A DNA stretch of 64,000 bases, from positions 32,001 to 96,000 of IMG/VR virus record IMGVR_UViG_3300014775_001776; one strand, written 5' to 3'. The stretch comes from a virus. The translations under genes were made by a program, and so were the position numbers. The notes under the pieces were generated by a model. That model did not search any database and had not been told where the DNA came from. It saw only the letters and a program-made list of their open reading frames with translations. Shown in pieces: positions 8,218-18,038 of the stretch (position 1 is its first letter; every line of letters begins with the position of its first letter).

Positions 8218-9924
8218 ATGAAGAATAGAGAATCATTCGATTGGATTAATGAAGAATCTACGACATTTTTGCGTCGTGGGTATCTTAGCGAGGGTGAAGA
8301 ACCGTTAGATCGAATTAGAAAAATAGCAAATCACGCTGAGGATCTTTTAGGTATAGAAGGATTTGCTGAAAAATTTTATGACTATATGGGTAGAGGATGG
8401 TATTCACTATCCTCACCCGTGTGGGCAAACTTTGGAAAAAAGAGAGGATTACCTGTAAGTTGTTTTGGATCAAACATAGGTGATAATATCGAATCAATAC
8501 TTTATACTCAGGCTGAAGTTGGTGAAATGAGTAAAATGGGAGGAGGGACTTCTGGTTATTTTGGTAATATAAGAGAAAGAGGTTCTGTTGTTACTGATAA
8601 CGGACATGCACCAGGAGCGGTGCACTTTATGAACTTGTTCGAAAGTGTTGTTGATAATATTTCACAGGGATCTACTAGACGAGGAAGGTTTTCACCGTAC
8701 CTACCAGTTGAACATCCAGATATTATGGAGTTTTTGGAAATAGGTACCGAAGGATTTCCAATCCAAGATCTTACACACGCAGTCACAGTAACTGATGAAT
8801 TTATGAAAGATATGATCGAAGGTGATAGTGAAAAAAGATCTATATGGGCTAAAGTAATACAAAGAAGAGGTGAAATTGGTTATCCATATATTATGTTTAC
8901 AGATACTATGAATAACAAATCTCCAGAGGTCTACCAAGATAAAGGGGCTAAAATCTATAATTCTAACCTATGTTCAGAAATTGCATTACACAATTCTGAA
9001 GAAGAATCTTTTGTTTGTGTTTTGTCATCTATGAATTTACTTCATTATGATGAATGGAAAGATACTGATGCTGTAGAAACTTTGACTTATTTTTTAGATG
9101 CAGTTGTCACTGAATTTATAAATAAAATTGAGTCTATTAGAGATAATGGAACTATAGAAGGTAAAAGAGCGTTTATATATCTTGAAAAGGCATATAATTT
9201 TGCTAAAAGACAGAGAGCGCTTGGATTAGGTGTTCTTGGATGGCACTCACTTCTTCAGTCAAAAAACCTACCTTTTGATACAAGAGAAACCGCAAAATTG
9301 AATGTAGAAGTGTTCAAAACAATTAAAGAAAAATCATACTCAGCTTCAAAAGAGTTAGCTGAAAAATATGGTGAACCTGAATACCTTGAAGGTTATGGTC
9401 GAAGAAATGTAACACTAAATGCAATTGCACCCACGACTTCTTCAGCATTTATTTTAGGACAAGTTTCGCAATCAATCGAACCTATTTGGTCTAATTGTTA
9501 TGTTAAAGATGTTGCAAAAATGAAAGTTACAATCAAGAATCCAGTCCTAGAAAAGTTACTCGAAGAAATCGGTGAGAATACCAAAAAAACTTGGAATAGT
9601 ATTAAAAAGAATGACGGATCTGTACAACATCTAGAATTTTTGACCGAAGAACAAAAAGAAGTGTTTAGAACTTTTGCTGAAATAAATCAGGCATCGATTA
9701 TAAATCAAGCAGCAATCAGACAAGATTTCATCGATCAATCACAATCTTTGAATTTAATGATATCTCCTGATATGCCAACACGAGATGTGAATAAGTTGTT
9801 GATAGATGCTTGGAAACTTGGGGTTAAAACTTTATACTACCAACATTCAATGAACTCAGCACAAGCATTTGCTAGAAAGAAACTAAACTTAAATGATCTA
9901 CAATGTGTAGCTTGTGAAGGATAA
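8218..9924 (+). CDS. nrdA: Class I ribonucleotide reductase alpha subunit, short form without ATP-cone
   Basis: SLSSP, PVSCF, GGGTS, SNLCSEI (thiyl Cys), VCVLSS, AIAPTTSS, KTLYY and C-terminal CVACEG. Confidence 0.95.
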   Translation: MKNRESFDWINEESTTFLRRGYLSEGEEPLDRIRKIANHAEDLLGIEGFAEKFYDYMGRGWYSLSSPVWANFGKKRGLPVSCFGSNIGDNIESILYTQAEVGEMSKMGGGTSGYFGNIRERGSVVTDNGHAPGAVHFMNLFESVVDNISQGSTRRGRFSPYLPVEHPDIMEFLEIGTEGFPIQDLTHAVTVTDEFMKDMIEGDSEKRSIWAKVIQRRGEIGYPYIMFTDTMNNKSPEVYQDKGAKIYNSNLCSEIALHNSEEESFVCVLSSMNLLHYDEWKDTDAVETLTYFLDAVVTEFINKIESIRDNGTIEGKRAFIYLEKAYNFAKRQRALGLGVLGWHSLLQSKNLPFDTRETAKLNVEVFKTIKEKSYSASKELAEKYGEPEYLEGYGRRNVTLNAIAPTTSSAFILGQVSQSIEPIWSNCYVKDVAKMKVTIKNPVLEKLLEEIGENTKKTWNSIKKNDGSVQHLEFLTEEQKEVFRTFAEINQASIINQAAIRQDFIDQSQSLNLMISPDMPTRDVNKLLIDAWKLGVKTLYYQHSMNSAQAFARKKLNLNDLQCVACEG

Positions 9925-9930
9925 TAAATG

Positions 9931-9953
9931 ACCCAACGAAAGTTGGGTTTTTT
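9931..9953 (+). terminator. Rho-independent terminator closing the replication module
   Basis: ACCCAAC-GAAA-GTTGGGT followed by TTTTT (GNRA loop). Confidence 0.85.
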
Positions 9954-9971
9954 ATTAAATTAAATCTAGGA

Positions 9972-9978
9972 TATTTAT
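9972..9978 (+). promoter_or_regulatory. TATTTAT putative late promoter
   Basis: Immediately after the terminator and 5 nt before ATG 9984 of the first baseplate gene. Confidence 0.65.
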
Positions 9979-9983
9979 ATGTT

Positions 9984-10469
9984 ATGAGTGAAACATATAC
10001 GTATGGTATTAATTTTCCATTTAGACAAAGTCTTAAAGGTAATTATTTAAGTCTATCTGAGGATCCAAATCAGGAGATTAGATCAGATTTAATACATTTA
10101 ATTCTTACTAGAAAAGGTAGTAGATACTATCTACCTGATTTTGGTACCAGAATATACGAATTCATTTTTGAACCTATGGATGGTACAACCTTTGACTTGA
10201 TCAAAGATGATTTGAGAACTGCTGTAGAAACATATTTACCTAATGTTATACTAAATAATATAGAAATATTACCATACAATGAATATCAATCACCACCTCA
10301 AGGAGAAGTTTCTTTTCCTGAAGAAATAAATGACATGGGTTACAGGACTTTTGATATTTATAGGTCAGTAAGTGAAGAAGCTGCGGAATACACAGCTAAG
10401 ATTAAAATAGAATACACAATACAAAGTGATACATTTGAGACTCGAGATTTTATAATTATTAATATTTAA
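9984..10469 (+). CDS. Baseplate wedge protein, gp25/GPW family
   Basis: GINFPF...IRSDLIHLILTRKGSRYYLPDFGTRIYEFIFEP signature. Confidence 0.88.
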   Translation: MSETYTYGINFPFRQSLKGNYLSLSEDPNQEIRSDLIHLILTRKGSRYYLPDFGTRIYEFIFEPMDGTTFDLIKDDLRTAVETYLPNVILNNIEILPYNEYQSPPQGEVSFPEEINDMGYRTFDIYRSVSEEAAEYTAKIKIEYTIQSDTFETRDFIIINI

Positions 10470-10473
10470 AAAA

Positions 10474-12312
10474 ATGGCTAATAGAAAAATATCATATACT
10501 GAAAGAGATTTCGAAGGTCTAAGACAAGACCTAATTAATTTTACACAACAGTATTATCCAGACTTAATAAATAATTTCAATGATGCCTCAGTCTTTTCAG
10601 TTTTATTAGATCTTAATGCCGCAATAGGTGATAATTTACACTATCACATAGATAGAAGTATTCAAGAAACAGTATTACAATATGCACAACAAAAATCATC
10701 AATATACAATATTGCTAGAACTTACGGTCTGAAAATTCCAGGTAATAGACCATCGGTTGCAATAGTAGATGTCTCGATAACAGTTCCTGCTTTTGGTGAT
10801 TCTGAAGATGAGAGGTATTTAGGAATAATCCAGCCTGGATCACAATTTATAGGAGGAGGTCAAATATTTGAAAATACTGATGAAATCAATTTTGCTTCTC
10901 AATATAATAGTAAAGGGTTCCCAAATAGAACAAAAATCCCAAACTTCGATAGTAACAACAAACTTATAAATTACACTATAACTAAAAGGGAAGTTGTGGT
11001 AAATGGTGTGACTAAAACATTCAAAAGAGTTATTACAGCATCAGACGTAAAACCTTTCTTCGAGTTTTTCTTACCAGAAAAAAATGTATTGTCAATAACT
11101 GATGTAATTCAAAAAGATGGTACAAGTTTTACTACGCCTCCTACGTATGAAGAATTTGTAAATGCACCAACTAAATGGTATGAAGTTGATGCGCTAGTAG
11201 AAGATAAAGTTTTTATCGAAGATTCATCAAAATCGTCGGATAATCCTGGTGTTAAAGTTGGGAAGTATATTGAGACTGAAAACAGATTTATTAGTGAATT
11301 TACGCCTTTAGGTTTTTGTAAACTAACATTTGGTGGTGGGACTACAACTCCAGACGATCAATTAGCACAATTCGCAAGAACTGGTATACCACTAAGAATT
11401 CAAGATTACCAAAATAATATTGGATTAGGATTAACAGTTAAAGCGAATACTACACTTTTTGTGAGATATAGGATTGGTGGTGGACAAACATCTAATGTTG
11501 GGGTAAACGTAATCAATCAAATAGGTACCGTAAACTTTAATGTTAAAGGTCCTTCGCAGAATATTAATCAGAATGTGATAGGAAGTTTAAGATGTAATAA
11601 TGTAACAGCAGCAATTGGTGGAGGAGACTTACCTACTACAGAAGAAGTTAGAAATATGGTAACGTACAACTTTGCGGCTCAAAAAAGAGCAGTAACGATC
11701 AATGACTATAATTCACTGTTAAAAACTATGCCAAGTAAATATGGTGCACCTGCAAAAGCTGCGATTACTGAAATAGATAATAAGATCAATATACAAGTAC
11801 TATCATATGATACTACAGGGTCCTTAACAGAGGCAGTATCTAATACTCTTAAAGAAAACATTGCTAGATATCTTTCTAACTATAGAATGATAAATGATTA
11901 CATTTCAGTTAGTAGTGCAAAAGTAATCGATTTAGAAGTTGATTACTCAATAGTCTTAGATAGTGCTCAAAATCAAGGGGATATTATAACAAATGTTGTT
12001 AATACTACAAATAAGTACTTTACACCTACATCTAATGAATTGGGTAGAAATATTAATATCTCAGATTTAAGAAGAACAATTCAAGATCTACCAGGTGTAG
12101 TTAATATTACGGATTTGAAAATATTTAATTTGGTTGGTGGAAGATACTCGTCTTCACAGACATCACAACAATATGTTGATAATACAACCAGAGAGATTAG
12201 ATTGATTGATAATACCATATTTGCAGAACCAAATCAAATCTATCAAATAAGGTTTCCTGAGAATGATGTCAAAGTAAGAGTGAAAAACTTGACAGATGTA
12301 CAATTTACCTAA
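10474..12312 (+). CDS. Baseplate wedge protein, T4 gp6 / baseplate J-like
   Basis: RDFEGLRQDL..F...YYP, NIARTYG.K, YRIGGG..SNV, AAIGGGD and QKRAVTINDY motifs; follows the gp25-like gene. Confidence 0.85.
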   Translation: MANRKISYTERDFEGLRQDLINFTQQYYPDLINNFNDASVFSVLLDLNAAIGDNLHYHIDRSIQETVLQYAQQKSSIYNIARTYGLKIPGNRPSVAIVDVSITVPAFGDSEDERYLGIIQPGSQFIGGGQIFENTDEINFASQYNSKGFPNRTKIPNFDSNNKLINYTITKREVVVNGVTKTFKRVITASDVKPFFEFFLPEKNVLSITDVIQKDGTSFTTPPTYEEFVNAPTKWYEVDALVEDKVFIEDSSKSSDNPGVKVGKYIETENRFISEFTPLGFCKLTFGGGTTTPDDQLAQFARTGIPLRIQDYQNNIGLGLTVKANTTLFVRYRIGGGQTSNVGVNVINQIGTVNFNVKGPSQNINQNVIGSLRCNNVTAAIGGGDLPTTEEVRNMVTYNFAAQKRAVTINDYNSLLKTMPSKYGAPAKAAITEIDNKINIQVLSYDTTGSLTEAVSNTLKENIARYLSNYRMINDYISVSSAKVIDLEVDYSIVLDSAQNQGDIITNVVNTTNKYFTPTSNELGRNINISDLRRTIQDLPGVVNITDLKIFNLVGGRYSSSQTSQQYVDNTTREIRLIDNTIFAEPNQIYQIRFPENDVKVRVKNLTDVQFT

Positions 12313-12356
12313 TTGTATACTTTGAAGGTATTATAATTAAAATTATCTAAAATAAC

Positions 12357-12363
12357 TATTTAT
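12357..12363 (+). promoter_or_regulatory. TATTTAT putative late promoter
   Basis: 14 nt before ATG 12378. Confidence 0.55.
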
Positions 12364-12377
12364 TTTAAAAGATTATA

Positions 12378-15300
12378 ATGCCCAAAAACATAAGGATAAG
12401 GACACAGATTGGTGAGGATAGAAACCTAAATGTAAAAATAGACCAAGATTTTGATTTTTTAGAAATTCTTTCTTTAAAAATTAGACAAGAAGATGTTTAT
12501 GATCGTTTTTGTGCAGATTATGGTATTGTAACAGGAAGGGTAATTGCGAATGGGGGTTTTGGTATTCCTAATGCTAATGTATCGGTATTTATTCCGCTTA
12601 ATAGTATGGATGAAAATGACCCAGTAATCTCCACACTCTATCCATACAAGAGACCATCTGATAAAAATGAAGACGGATATAGATATAATCTATTACCTTA
12701 CACCCAAGAAAACTATGCACATAATCCAACGGGGACTTTTCCTTCAAGAAATGATATTTTAACAAGAAGTGAAGTATTACATGTATATGAAAACTATTAT
12801 AAATTCACAGTAAAAACAAATGATTCAGGTGATTTTATGATAGTTGGGGTTCCACTAGGACAACAAAAAGTTGTATTAGATCTTGATTTATCTAATATAG
12901 GTCAATTCTCATTGAGACCAACTGATTTAGTTAGGATGGGAATGGGTGTAGAAACACAATTTGACGGGCAATTTTTCAGAAGATCAGAAAACATTGATTC
13001 ATTACCTCAAATAATTCATGACGTTGTTGATGTTGATGTTGCTTCATTTTGGGGTGATAGTGAAAACTGTGATGTGGGTATAACAAGAGTCGATTTTGAT
13101 CTTAGAGAACTGGGTGTTGAAATTGAACCTACTTCCATTTTTATGGGTTCTTTTTTTAGTTCCAGTGAAAGGGATTTTCTAAAATCTAACTGTAAACCCA
13201 AACCAAACACGGGTAATTTATGTACATTAGAGACCGCACCTGGTCAGATTTTATCAATCAGACAAACTATCGATTTAGATGAAGATGGATATCCAATTCT
13301 TGAAGAATATAGATTAGAAAATAATGGTAATCTGATCGATGAAGATGGTACTTGGATGGTTGATTTACCTATGAACCTAGATTATTTAATTACTAATGAA
13401 TTTGGAGAAACAGTAATTTCTAATGATCCTACTGTTGGTATACCGACTAGAGGTAAATACAGATTTAAAATAAAATGGCAAAGTGAGGCTGGGTTAAAAA
13501 AGAATATTCTAAGGGCAAATTATTTAGTACCTAACATTAAAGAACATTGGTTATTATCAGGATCAAGACCGAATGATTTTACAATGAATCAATCGTATTC
13601 ATTTTCTTTAGATTGGGATGATTATTTCGATAAAGACGCCGCTATAACGTGTAAAGATACATTCTATGAATTTAAATATAATAAAGTATATACAGTTTCA
13701 TCTCATATTGATAGGTTCAAGTTTGGTAGAAACAGAGCAAGACATTTAGGTATTAAAGAGATCGACGATCGTGAATGTGAGAGTAATATAAATAAATTAC
13801 CAGTTAATGATGGGGTCAGAAATTTCGATTTTATATTTTTTGTATTCAGTATAATGTTATTTCTATTTACACCGAATGTTTTTGTGATTTTACCTATTAT
13901 ACATTTCTTGGCTTGGTTTTGGCCGGTAATAAGGATAATTATAAATGCTATAAGAGTTTTCTTAAATGCTGTTAGACGAATATTGTGTAAAATTAGTGGT
14001 ATTAAAATTGCTGGGTGGTACCCATTCAAATTTATAAAAGAAAACAACCCAGATATCTGTGAAGAAAAACCTTTACTAGGTGATGAAAATCCTTTTTCAA
14101 ATCTTGGATTACCAATGTTACCATATCCAGATTGTGAGACTTGTAATTGTTCTAATGAGCCATTACCTCCAGATACAAATTCACCCGAATACCAAGAAGC
14201 TCAAGTGGAATTGGCTCAACTAAGTAATGTTAGTTCACTTGCAGATATAAATGTATATCAGTTATATGACCCAGTAGATTGTCAATCTGATGGTGTCTAT
14301 CCTAATTATGATGAGTCAAATGACGAGAATTTACAAAATCGGATGATGGCATTTGCAGGTAACGCAATCACAAATGACATACCTCAGAATAATAACTTAG
14401 GTATAGACGCTTCATTTGCTAGGTGGTTTATGTCGCCAGTATATCCAAGAAGAAAATGGGAATATTGGGAGGGTCAAGAAGGATGTGTAGTACTTAAAAA
14501 GTTTTGGTTAGCGTCGGATAGTCCAACTTTCCCTCAAGTTTTGAATCTTATGAATCAAAGAGCTAGGTATTTTGCACCTGAGACTGCAAATGCTTTTGAG
14601 TTAGGTTATTATACAAATGCATCCAATAGATTTATGGGTATTAGAAGTAGGTTGATAAATGACCAATTTAATACTGGTGGTGGTGTAACTGGAGTTGGAG
14701 TTGGAGGTGGAGGTGGTAATAATACAAATGAACCGTGGTGGGATATGCCATTAGTTGTTTTAGCCGATGCTGGTGTTAATTGGGAAAGTGGTAATTTGAT
14801 AACATTTAATGATCCAGAAAGTTCTGCGCAAGATGATCCAAACCTAAATTATTATACTGGTGGTACTGTTGGAACAGATAATGGATTTGGAAGAAAAGGT
14901 ATTACCGGGTTAACAGATTACAATACAAACAATTATATAGTAAAAGAAGTAAAGTGGATGAACCCATTTTATACTCCAACAAATGGTGAGGATTTAGTCA
15001 AAACATCTCAGATTCAGTACTTTAATACTGCTTCAACTACTGACTATAAATTCACTTCTGGAGTGGAATATTTTCAAGTTATTACAGGTATGACTGTAAA
15101 TGAATTTTTGGCGAATTTTCAAACTACGATAAATGATGATGATGAATTGGTAATACCTGATGATGAAATAGTACCATACTCTACTGGTGGATTAGTTTGG
15201 GGAACAAATGCCGGTGGAGGACAAAAGGTGGGAGATATAAAACACCAAAGTATAATTTATCAACATTTAATGCGTTCCACACAAAGAGTGATTTGTAATA

Positions 15301-18038
15301 CATTTAATACTGTAAACCCAGATTTAGATCCGTGTGAAAATTCGCTGGTTATTTTTAGTCAACAACAAGGTGAAGAAACATGGGTAACTAAATACAATTG
15401 GTCTCAGTATCCAGATTTTAAAAACCAAAAAATATATATAATGACTCGTGGAGTTGATCCACACGGACCTAGGCAAAAAATGAGATTTGAATTGGGTAAA
15501 TTGTTCGGTAGAAATAATCCAGGTTATCCTGGATGTGTAGTAGAGGGAGATTTTTATATGAATATACCAATACAACCAAATGGTGGACAAAATACACAGG
15601 CTATTTATGACCACAAATCACCTAATGCTATTTATAAGTGGATTCAACAGGAACCACAAAATGGATACTGGGAATCAAATAGTGCTGGTGCGGATTTTAT
15701 ACCTACTATGTCCGATCCTACATTGGCTGGATTTAGTTGTTTTCATAGACCATTTAGTTTTTATATGGGGTTCAATGATCCAGATGATCCTAACTCATAT
15801 GGGAAAAGGTTTCAAACTACAGGATTTACAAATTATGTATCGTTATCGAAAGATATAGCATCTACGATGTCTTATAGGTTTTCAACATACAGTAATTTCA
15901 CGACTGGTAATAGTACTATAGAAAATATTGGAAACTTATCTGCTGGTAATTTGGCGGTGAGGATAAATGGATTTAATACACGTCTTTTAGAAGGTAGTGA
16001 TGGTTGTGGTAATAGAATAGGAGGGACACAGGTTCAAAACTTTGAACAAGGAGATGGTAATCTGGAAAAATATGAAGGTAGGATAGAGGGGTGTAGTCAA
16101 CAATTTGCTAAAAGAAGCTCAAATACTGGGAGTGGTTGTGATAATTGGGGTAGATGTATTGATAGATCGGATGTTGGAACCATTTCACCATCTTACTATA
16201 GAAGTGATAACTCTATACCTCATACTACTTTGTATGGTATGACAGTCTTCAGGACTGATAGATTACCAACGTCGGATTCAATTAGTTTGGGATTTGATGG
16301 TACCCTCCAAGTTGATCAAAGATTTGCTTTACATATGAATCCTAATTTTAGGGCTTATAAGTATGATGATTTTGGAAATATTACAGAAATAACAGGAGGA
16401 AACTTAGGAACTACGCAGAGTGATACTACAGGTAATTTAGACGATAATATAGATGAATTCCCAAGCCAGTTGCAAAGCTTACAAAACTCCTTTACTTGTG
16501 AAGGTATGACATCTATCAAATGTTATCAAGGTGAGGGTGAAGACTTCGGAATTTTATCCCCTTGTGTTGAGGATGTTGGTACACCTAAATTTATTGATCT
16601 TGAATCAAGAACAAAAAATGGATGTTATAGATTTGTAAGGGAAAGGTATTTGAGAACACTAGGAAAGGACTTCCAACTCTTTTTCGAATATAAAGCTAGG
16701 TTTAGATTAATGTTTGCAATGTGTAGAGGAGTACTAAGTCACGTTTTCCAAAATAATTGGATTAACGGTACATTATATTTTCCTTCTTTCCAAAAGAAGA
16801 CAATTTTTGGGATCGAGAATTCTACAACGCAAGAATTATTTCAAAATGCTAGTAGCGACTCTACCTCTATATACACCTTCAACTTCAATGGGTATGTGAC
16901 TATATTAGAAACAGAAAACGTAAGTTCTTATACTTTATTTATTAATGATGAAGAAATTGGAGATGACATAACATCATTCCAATTCAATAGTAATTATGAC
17001 GTATATTTTAAATTAATACCGACAAATCCAAATATAATCTCGTCCATCACAATGGAGGTTACCGATACTAATATTTCTTATAGATATTGTGGAGGTAGTT
17101 CAGATGATGGACCACTTTACTTTAATACGCAAAGTAATTCATTCTTCTATAGATCCACACCATATTACAATAACAACTTCATAGGTCAAACACCTTCTCA
17201 AAGTTATAAAGGGGCTAATAAAAAGAATATATGGTTTCCAACTACAATAATGGATTTAGGTCCTAGAGAGCAATTACTTAAAGAAGTCATAAATTCTGCG
17301 GAATATGAATCTTTTGTGTTAGATAAATTACAAAGTACCTCTTATGAAAGTACAGGGGACATTATAAACTTATTTTTGATTAGTAGACTAGTTAATGCTA
17401 ACTTCTTAGAAAATTTATTCAGTGCAGGAGATGCTTCCGTTAGAGGACTTTTTTCTCGTGATGAGGGTGCTGGGTTCCAGGAGGATAGAGTAGATGGTGA
17501 TTGTGCACAAATGTTCAGTATTAATTCTGAATTCGGTGTGGTACCATACTTAGCTGGAAACTACCTAGACAGTGTTACGGTTTTAGAAAATAGGTTTGGT
17601 ATTTGGTTTGATTCTGATTTGATAGATAGAAGAGAAGTAAATCCAGGAATAACTACTTTTGGAACAAATGAGATTACCTCACCAACAAATTATTTTGGAT
17701 ATACTAGTTCTCAAATAGTACCATATTATAGATGGTATATAGAACCTAATAATGGTCTTTTTGGTGTAGATAGTGAAAATAACTGGAATACCAATGACAT
17801 TTATTCTATGAACTATCAAAATTCACCTTTAGATAGTTCAGGATATGCAGTACCAAATAGCGGTCCTGCTTATGGTTATCTATATAATGCTAGTGTTAAT
17901 GATCCTGAATTAGATATGTTCCCAGGAACCAATCACTCTGTAAAAGTGGGATCACCTTACCATTTTTACTTTGGTCTTCAAAAAGGTAAATCAGCATTAA
18001 ATAAATTTTTAAGTAAGTACTTATTTTTAGAGACATGA
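12378..18038 (+). CDS. Large putative baseplate/tail structural protein, 1886 aa, with an N-terminal prealbumin/carboxypeptidase-regulatory-like fold and an internal hydrophobic segment
   Basis: GIVTGRVIANGGFGIPNANVSV...TVKTNDSGDFMIVGVPLG near the N-terminus; long hydrophobic run at about 13824-13990; located in the baseplate cluster. Confidence 0.6.
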   Translation: MPKNIRIRTQIGEDRNLNVKIDQDFDFLEILSLKIRQEDVYDRFCADYGIVTGRVIANGGFGIPNANVSVFIPLNSMDENDPVISTLYPYKRPSDKNEDGYRYNLLPYTQENYAHNPTGTFPSRNDILTRSEVLHVYENYYKFTVKTNDSGDFMIVGVPLGQQKVVLDLDLSNIGQFSLRPTDLVRMGMGVETQFDGQFFRRSENIDSLPQIIHDVVDVDVASFWGDSENCDVGITRVDFDLRELGVEIEPTSIFMGSFFSSSERDFLKSNCKPKPNTGNLCTLETAPGQILSIRQTIDLDEDGYPILEEYRLENNGNLIDEDGTWMVDLPMNLDYLITNEFGETVISNDPTVGIPTRGKYRFKIKWQSEAGLKKNILRANYLVPNIKEHWLLSGSRPNDFTMNQSYSFSLDWDDYFDKDAAITCKDTFYEFKYNKVYTVSSHIDRFKFGRNRARHLGIKEIDDRECESNINKLPVNDGVRNFDFIFFVFSIMLFLFTPNVFVILPIIHFLAWFWPVIRIIINAIRVFLNAVRRILCKISGIKIAGWYPFKFIKENNPDICEEKPLLGDENPFSNLGLPMLPYPDCETCNCSNEPLPPDTNSPEYQEAQVELAQLSNVSSLADINVYQLYDPVDCQSDGVYPNYDESNDENLQNRMMAFAGNAITNDIPQNNNLGIDASFARWFMSPVYPRRKWEYWEGQEGCVVLKKFWLASDSPTFPQVLNLMNQRARYFAPETANAFELGYYTNASNRFMGIRSRLINDQFNTGGGVTGVGVGGGGGNNTNEPWWDMPLVVLADAGVNWESGNLITFNDPESSAQDDPNLNYYTGGTVGTDNGFGRKGITGLTDYNTNNYIVKEVKWMNPFYTPTNGEDLVKTSQIQYFNTASTTDYKFTSGVEYFQVITGMTVNEFLANFQTTINDDDELVIPDDEIVPYSTGGLVWGTNAGGGQKVGDIKHQSIIYQHLMRSTQRVICNTFNTVNPDLDPCENSLVIFSQQQGEETWVTKYNWSQYPDFKNQKIYIMTRGVDPHGPRQKMRFELGKLFGRNNPGYPGCVVEGDFYMNIPIQPNGGQNTQAIYDHKSPNAIYKWIQQEPQNGYWESNSAGADFIPTMSDPTLAGFSCFHRPFSFYMGFNDPDDPNSYGKRFQTTGFTNYVSLSKDIASTMSYRFSTYSNFTTGNSTIENIGNLSAGNLAVRINGFNTRLLEGSDGCGNRIGGTQVQNFEQGDGNLEKYEGRIEGCSQQFAKRSSNTGSGCDNWGRCIDRSDVGTISPSYYRSDNSIPHTTLYGMTVFRTDRLPTSDSISLGFDGTLQVDQRFALHMNPNFRAYKYDDFGNITEITGGNLGTTQSDTTGNLDDNIDEFPSQLQSLQNSFTCEGMTSIKCYQGEGEDFGILSPCVEDVGTPKFIDLESRTKNGCYRFVRERYLRTLGKDFQLFFEYKARFRLMFAMCRGVLSHVFQNNWINGTLYFPSFQKKTIFGIENSTTQELFQNASSDSTSIYTFNFNGYVTILETENVSSYTLFINDEEIGDDITSFQFNSNYDVYFKLIPTNPNIISSITMEVTDTNISYRYCGGSSDDGPLYFNTQSNSFFYRSTPYYNNNFIGQTPSQSYKGANKKNIWFPTTIMDLGPREQLLKEVINSAEYESFVLDKLQSTSYESTGDIINLFLISRLVNANFLENLFSAGDASVRGLFSRDEGAGFQEDRVDGDCAQMFSINSEFGVVPYLAGNYLDSVTVLENRFGIWFDSDLIDRREVNPGITTFGTNEITSPTNYFGYTSSQIVPYYRWYIEPNNGLFGVDSENNWNTNDIYSMNYQNSPLDSSGYAVPNSGPAYGYLYNASVNDPELDMFPGTNHSVKVGSPYHFYFGLQKGKSALNKFLSKYLFLET

